The translations under genes and the position numbers were made by a program. The notes beneath the pieces are model-generated. The model ran no database searches and was not told the origin of the DNA. It was given only the letters and a program-made list of their open reading frames with translations. From Scyliorhinus canicula (lineage: Eukaryota), in the NCBI RefSeq assembly GCF_902713615.1, contig NC_052159.1:64208520-64272519 (forward strand): a stretch of 64,000 nt of DNA, given 5' to 3'. Shown here piece after piece: positions 61,493 to 64,000 of the stretch (its first letter is position 1; every line of letters begins with the position of its first letter).

Positions 61493-61887
61493 TGCTGAAG
61501 AATTGCTGGCCCCATTTATAAATTACTTTTTCAACTCATAAATTATCCATTTCGCAATTTTTGTAATCTGATGCGCTCATGTATGGAAATATCAGGACAA
61601 ATATATTGCGTGCAATGTGCACTTAATAATATTTTATCCAGAGTTTCATACTTCAGAACAAAAAGGCACACAATAGGTGTTGGCGAGGATTCAATTTGCA
61701 GTACTCTTGATTCCGTATCAAAAATCAAGCCCCGCTCCAAATACTGGAGCTTAAAATCTAGAGGAACATTAAAGCTCAGTGCTGGAGAAGTGTTCTAGTT
61801 TTAGGGACTCTGAGCGCAATTCAGTGGTTTTGGGTGCGTTTGGCGGTGAATTTTGAAATGGGCGCGTTGGCGAGATCGTGGCCCATA

Positions 61888-64000
61888 TTTTTTTCTTTAA
61901 AGTATTTTTATTAATTTTCATTCGTATTTATAACAGAAACGAAAAGGTAAGAAAACACAGGAAACATATACAGAAACATGAGGCATATTAACAGTAAACT
62001 CCAAATGGTCGGATACAACCACCATATTATTAATTACATACATGCTACCTCATGGTATTAAAACATAGGTGGAGCTTATTAGTTACTGTGGCAGCATCAA
62101 TGTTTTTTTATCTTCCTCAGTACCCTTTTGTCTCTCACTACTTGCTTCCCCTGCACTCTGGGTGGTGCCTCCATTTTTCCCTTCCTCCAACCCACCCCCA
62201 CCAACCTCCCTCTTTTCCCTTGTCTGGTTCAGTCTACCCTCCCCCTCCCACCCCCCTCCCTGACACACCCACCACTAGTTAGTAGCTGGTCACAAACAGG
62301 TCCTCAAAGAGGCTGGAGAATTGTCCCCATGTATTGTGGAAGCCTTCTTCCGATCCCGAGGGTGAATTTTATTTTCTCCAATTTCAGGAATTCCGCCGCG
62401 TCGGACAGCCAGTCTGCAGTCTTTGGTGGCGCTGTTGATCTCCAGCTGAGCATGAGTCTCTGGTGGTCGATCAGGGAGGTAAAGGCTAGGGCGTCTACCT
62501 CTCTCCCGTAACAGCTCTGGCTGTTCCGACTCCCCGAAGACTGCCACTATCGCACACGGCACCAACCCTGGACATGGCTTCAAAAGTACCCGACATGTTA
62601 GGGGCAGACCCAGAATATTCGGCTGTGCCTCCCTGGTATTATTCACATTTTTCTTCCACCCCTGGGAAGAATCCGCTTGTGCATGTTCCCAGGGAGTCCT
62701 CCAGGGCCCTATGGACACAGGTACAGGTGACTGCTAGAGGAGGTAAGCTGGGAGGAGGAGCTGAGCATGGAGATGTGGGGAGGACTCTGGTTCGAAGCAC
62801 TGCACAGGGTGAACTCCACCTCCTCATGAGTGGGGCTGAGCCTAACACAGCTAAAGGTAGAACACAGGTTGGCTCCAATGTCTTGGTAGATACAGATTGT
62901 GTGTTCTTCCCACCTACCTGACCGAGTGCTCTTTGTCCAGTTAAACGCCTGCTCTTTGTCCTGAGACGTATGCAATGTCGAAATTATTGCCCATGGTGTT
63001 TAACCTGATTTGGGCCTTTGATTGAGTGACTTGTGCACCCGGTCCATCTCTAGGAATTTGGCAAAGCCTTCCTCTCTGGCCAGTTCCCCGAGCATCTTTG
63101 CAACATGTTGGGCGCGATTCTCCCAAAACGGGAGAAATCGTAAGGCTGGCGTCAAACCCAGGCGGGTTTGACGCCAGCGCGCCCCTTCCCGACCGGGAAC
63201 CGATTCTGGTCCCCGGTCGGGGCTAGCAGCCCGACGCCGCAAGCTCCGGCATCACGGGCTTAATGAATTTCGTTAAGCCCGCTTGCCGGAGTTAGCGCCG
63301 GCTGACGCGTCATATGACGTCAGCCGCGCATGCGCGGATTGGAAGACTCCAACCCGCGCATGCGCGGATGACGTCATCGCGTATTTGCGCGAAACCCGCG
63401 CATGCGCGGGCCGGGATGCCCCTCAGCCGCCCCGCGAATGGATACTGCGGGGAGGCGGAAGGACAAATAGTGAGCGGGCATCGGGCCCATGGCACCCTTG
63501 GCACGGCCGTGGTACTGCCGTGCCAATCGGTGCCATGGTTGTAAAAAGCGAGTTGTTCCCGCCGTTTTTACGAACGGCCAGACCAGGTCTGTTTGCCGTT
63601 CGTAAAAACAGCGTAAAGGGCTGGGACTTCGGCCCATCGAACAGCTGTGAATCGCTGCCGGCCGTAAAAAAACGGCGGCAGCGATTCATGTCGGGAGTTG
63701 GGTGGGGGGGGGGGGGGGGAGAATAGCGGGAGGGTGGGAAAAATGTCGGGAAGGCCCTCCCGCTATTCTCCGACCCGTCGTGGGGGTCGGAGAATTTCGC
63801 CCGTTCTTTTTGGGTTCCAAACCCTGCCCTCTACGCCCTCTGGTAGCCCAACAATTCCCAGATACTATCGACTGGATACTGTTCTCCTGATCGTCAACTT
63901 TCCCTCAAGCGCTTTCTAGGCTGCTATCAAATTGTCACCTCAGCTTCAAGTGAGGCAATCCACTTTCTCCAGGTCTCTTCCTGGGTCTCAAGTCTCTGCT
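61888..64000 (-). mobile_element. L1-clade LINE relic: ORF1 pieces close to the ORF2 C-terminus and 3' tail
   Basis: GIVGLPEGVEG, EMDRVHKS and ICIYQDIGA (ORF1); WRSTAPP...FLKLEKIKF (ORF2 end); T-run at 61888. Confidence 0.8.
63110..63802. mobile_element. Harbinger-type MITE, CpG-rich and apparently young
   Basis: TIRs gggcgcgattctcc / ggagaatttcgccc; 3-bp TSD GTT. Confidence 0.92.

Overview
Eukaryotic genomic DNA, almost certainly from a cartilaginous fish (shark-type V-SINE, Deu-SINE, CR1 and Penelope repeat complement; species not determinable). The only host gene is the 3' end of PDGFD on the + strand: penultimate coding exon 6302-6516, a 34-kb intron, last coding exon 40582-40713 and a repeat-free 3' UTR of about 2.1 kb with AATAAA at 42803. 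The rest is a dense, nested transposable-element landscape. It includes CR1, L1, Tx1, RTE and other LINE relics, several SINE families, Penelope termini, one young internally deleted Gypsy element (gag fused in frame to integrase), two decayed Gypsy elements and at least five solo LTRs with TSDs. It also holds a PIF/Harbinger system: a spliced Myb/SANT gene, a convergent HARBI1-like transposase, two further Myb-only derivatives and a family of GC-rich MITEs with 3-bp TSDs. Most ORFs in the supplied track are spurious or TE-derived. I found no convincing wholly new biological system. The best leads are in TE biology (V-SINE tail swapping, the Harbinger/MITE set carrying NRF1/CRE hairpins, the gag-IN fusion with a captured copy of its own flank) plus one unidentified ORF restored by excising a MITE. 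Coordinates were read by eye; TE boundaries without a stated TSD are approximate.
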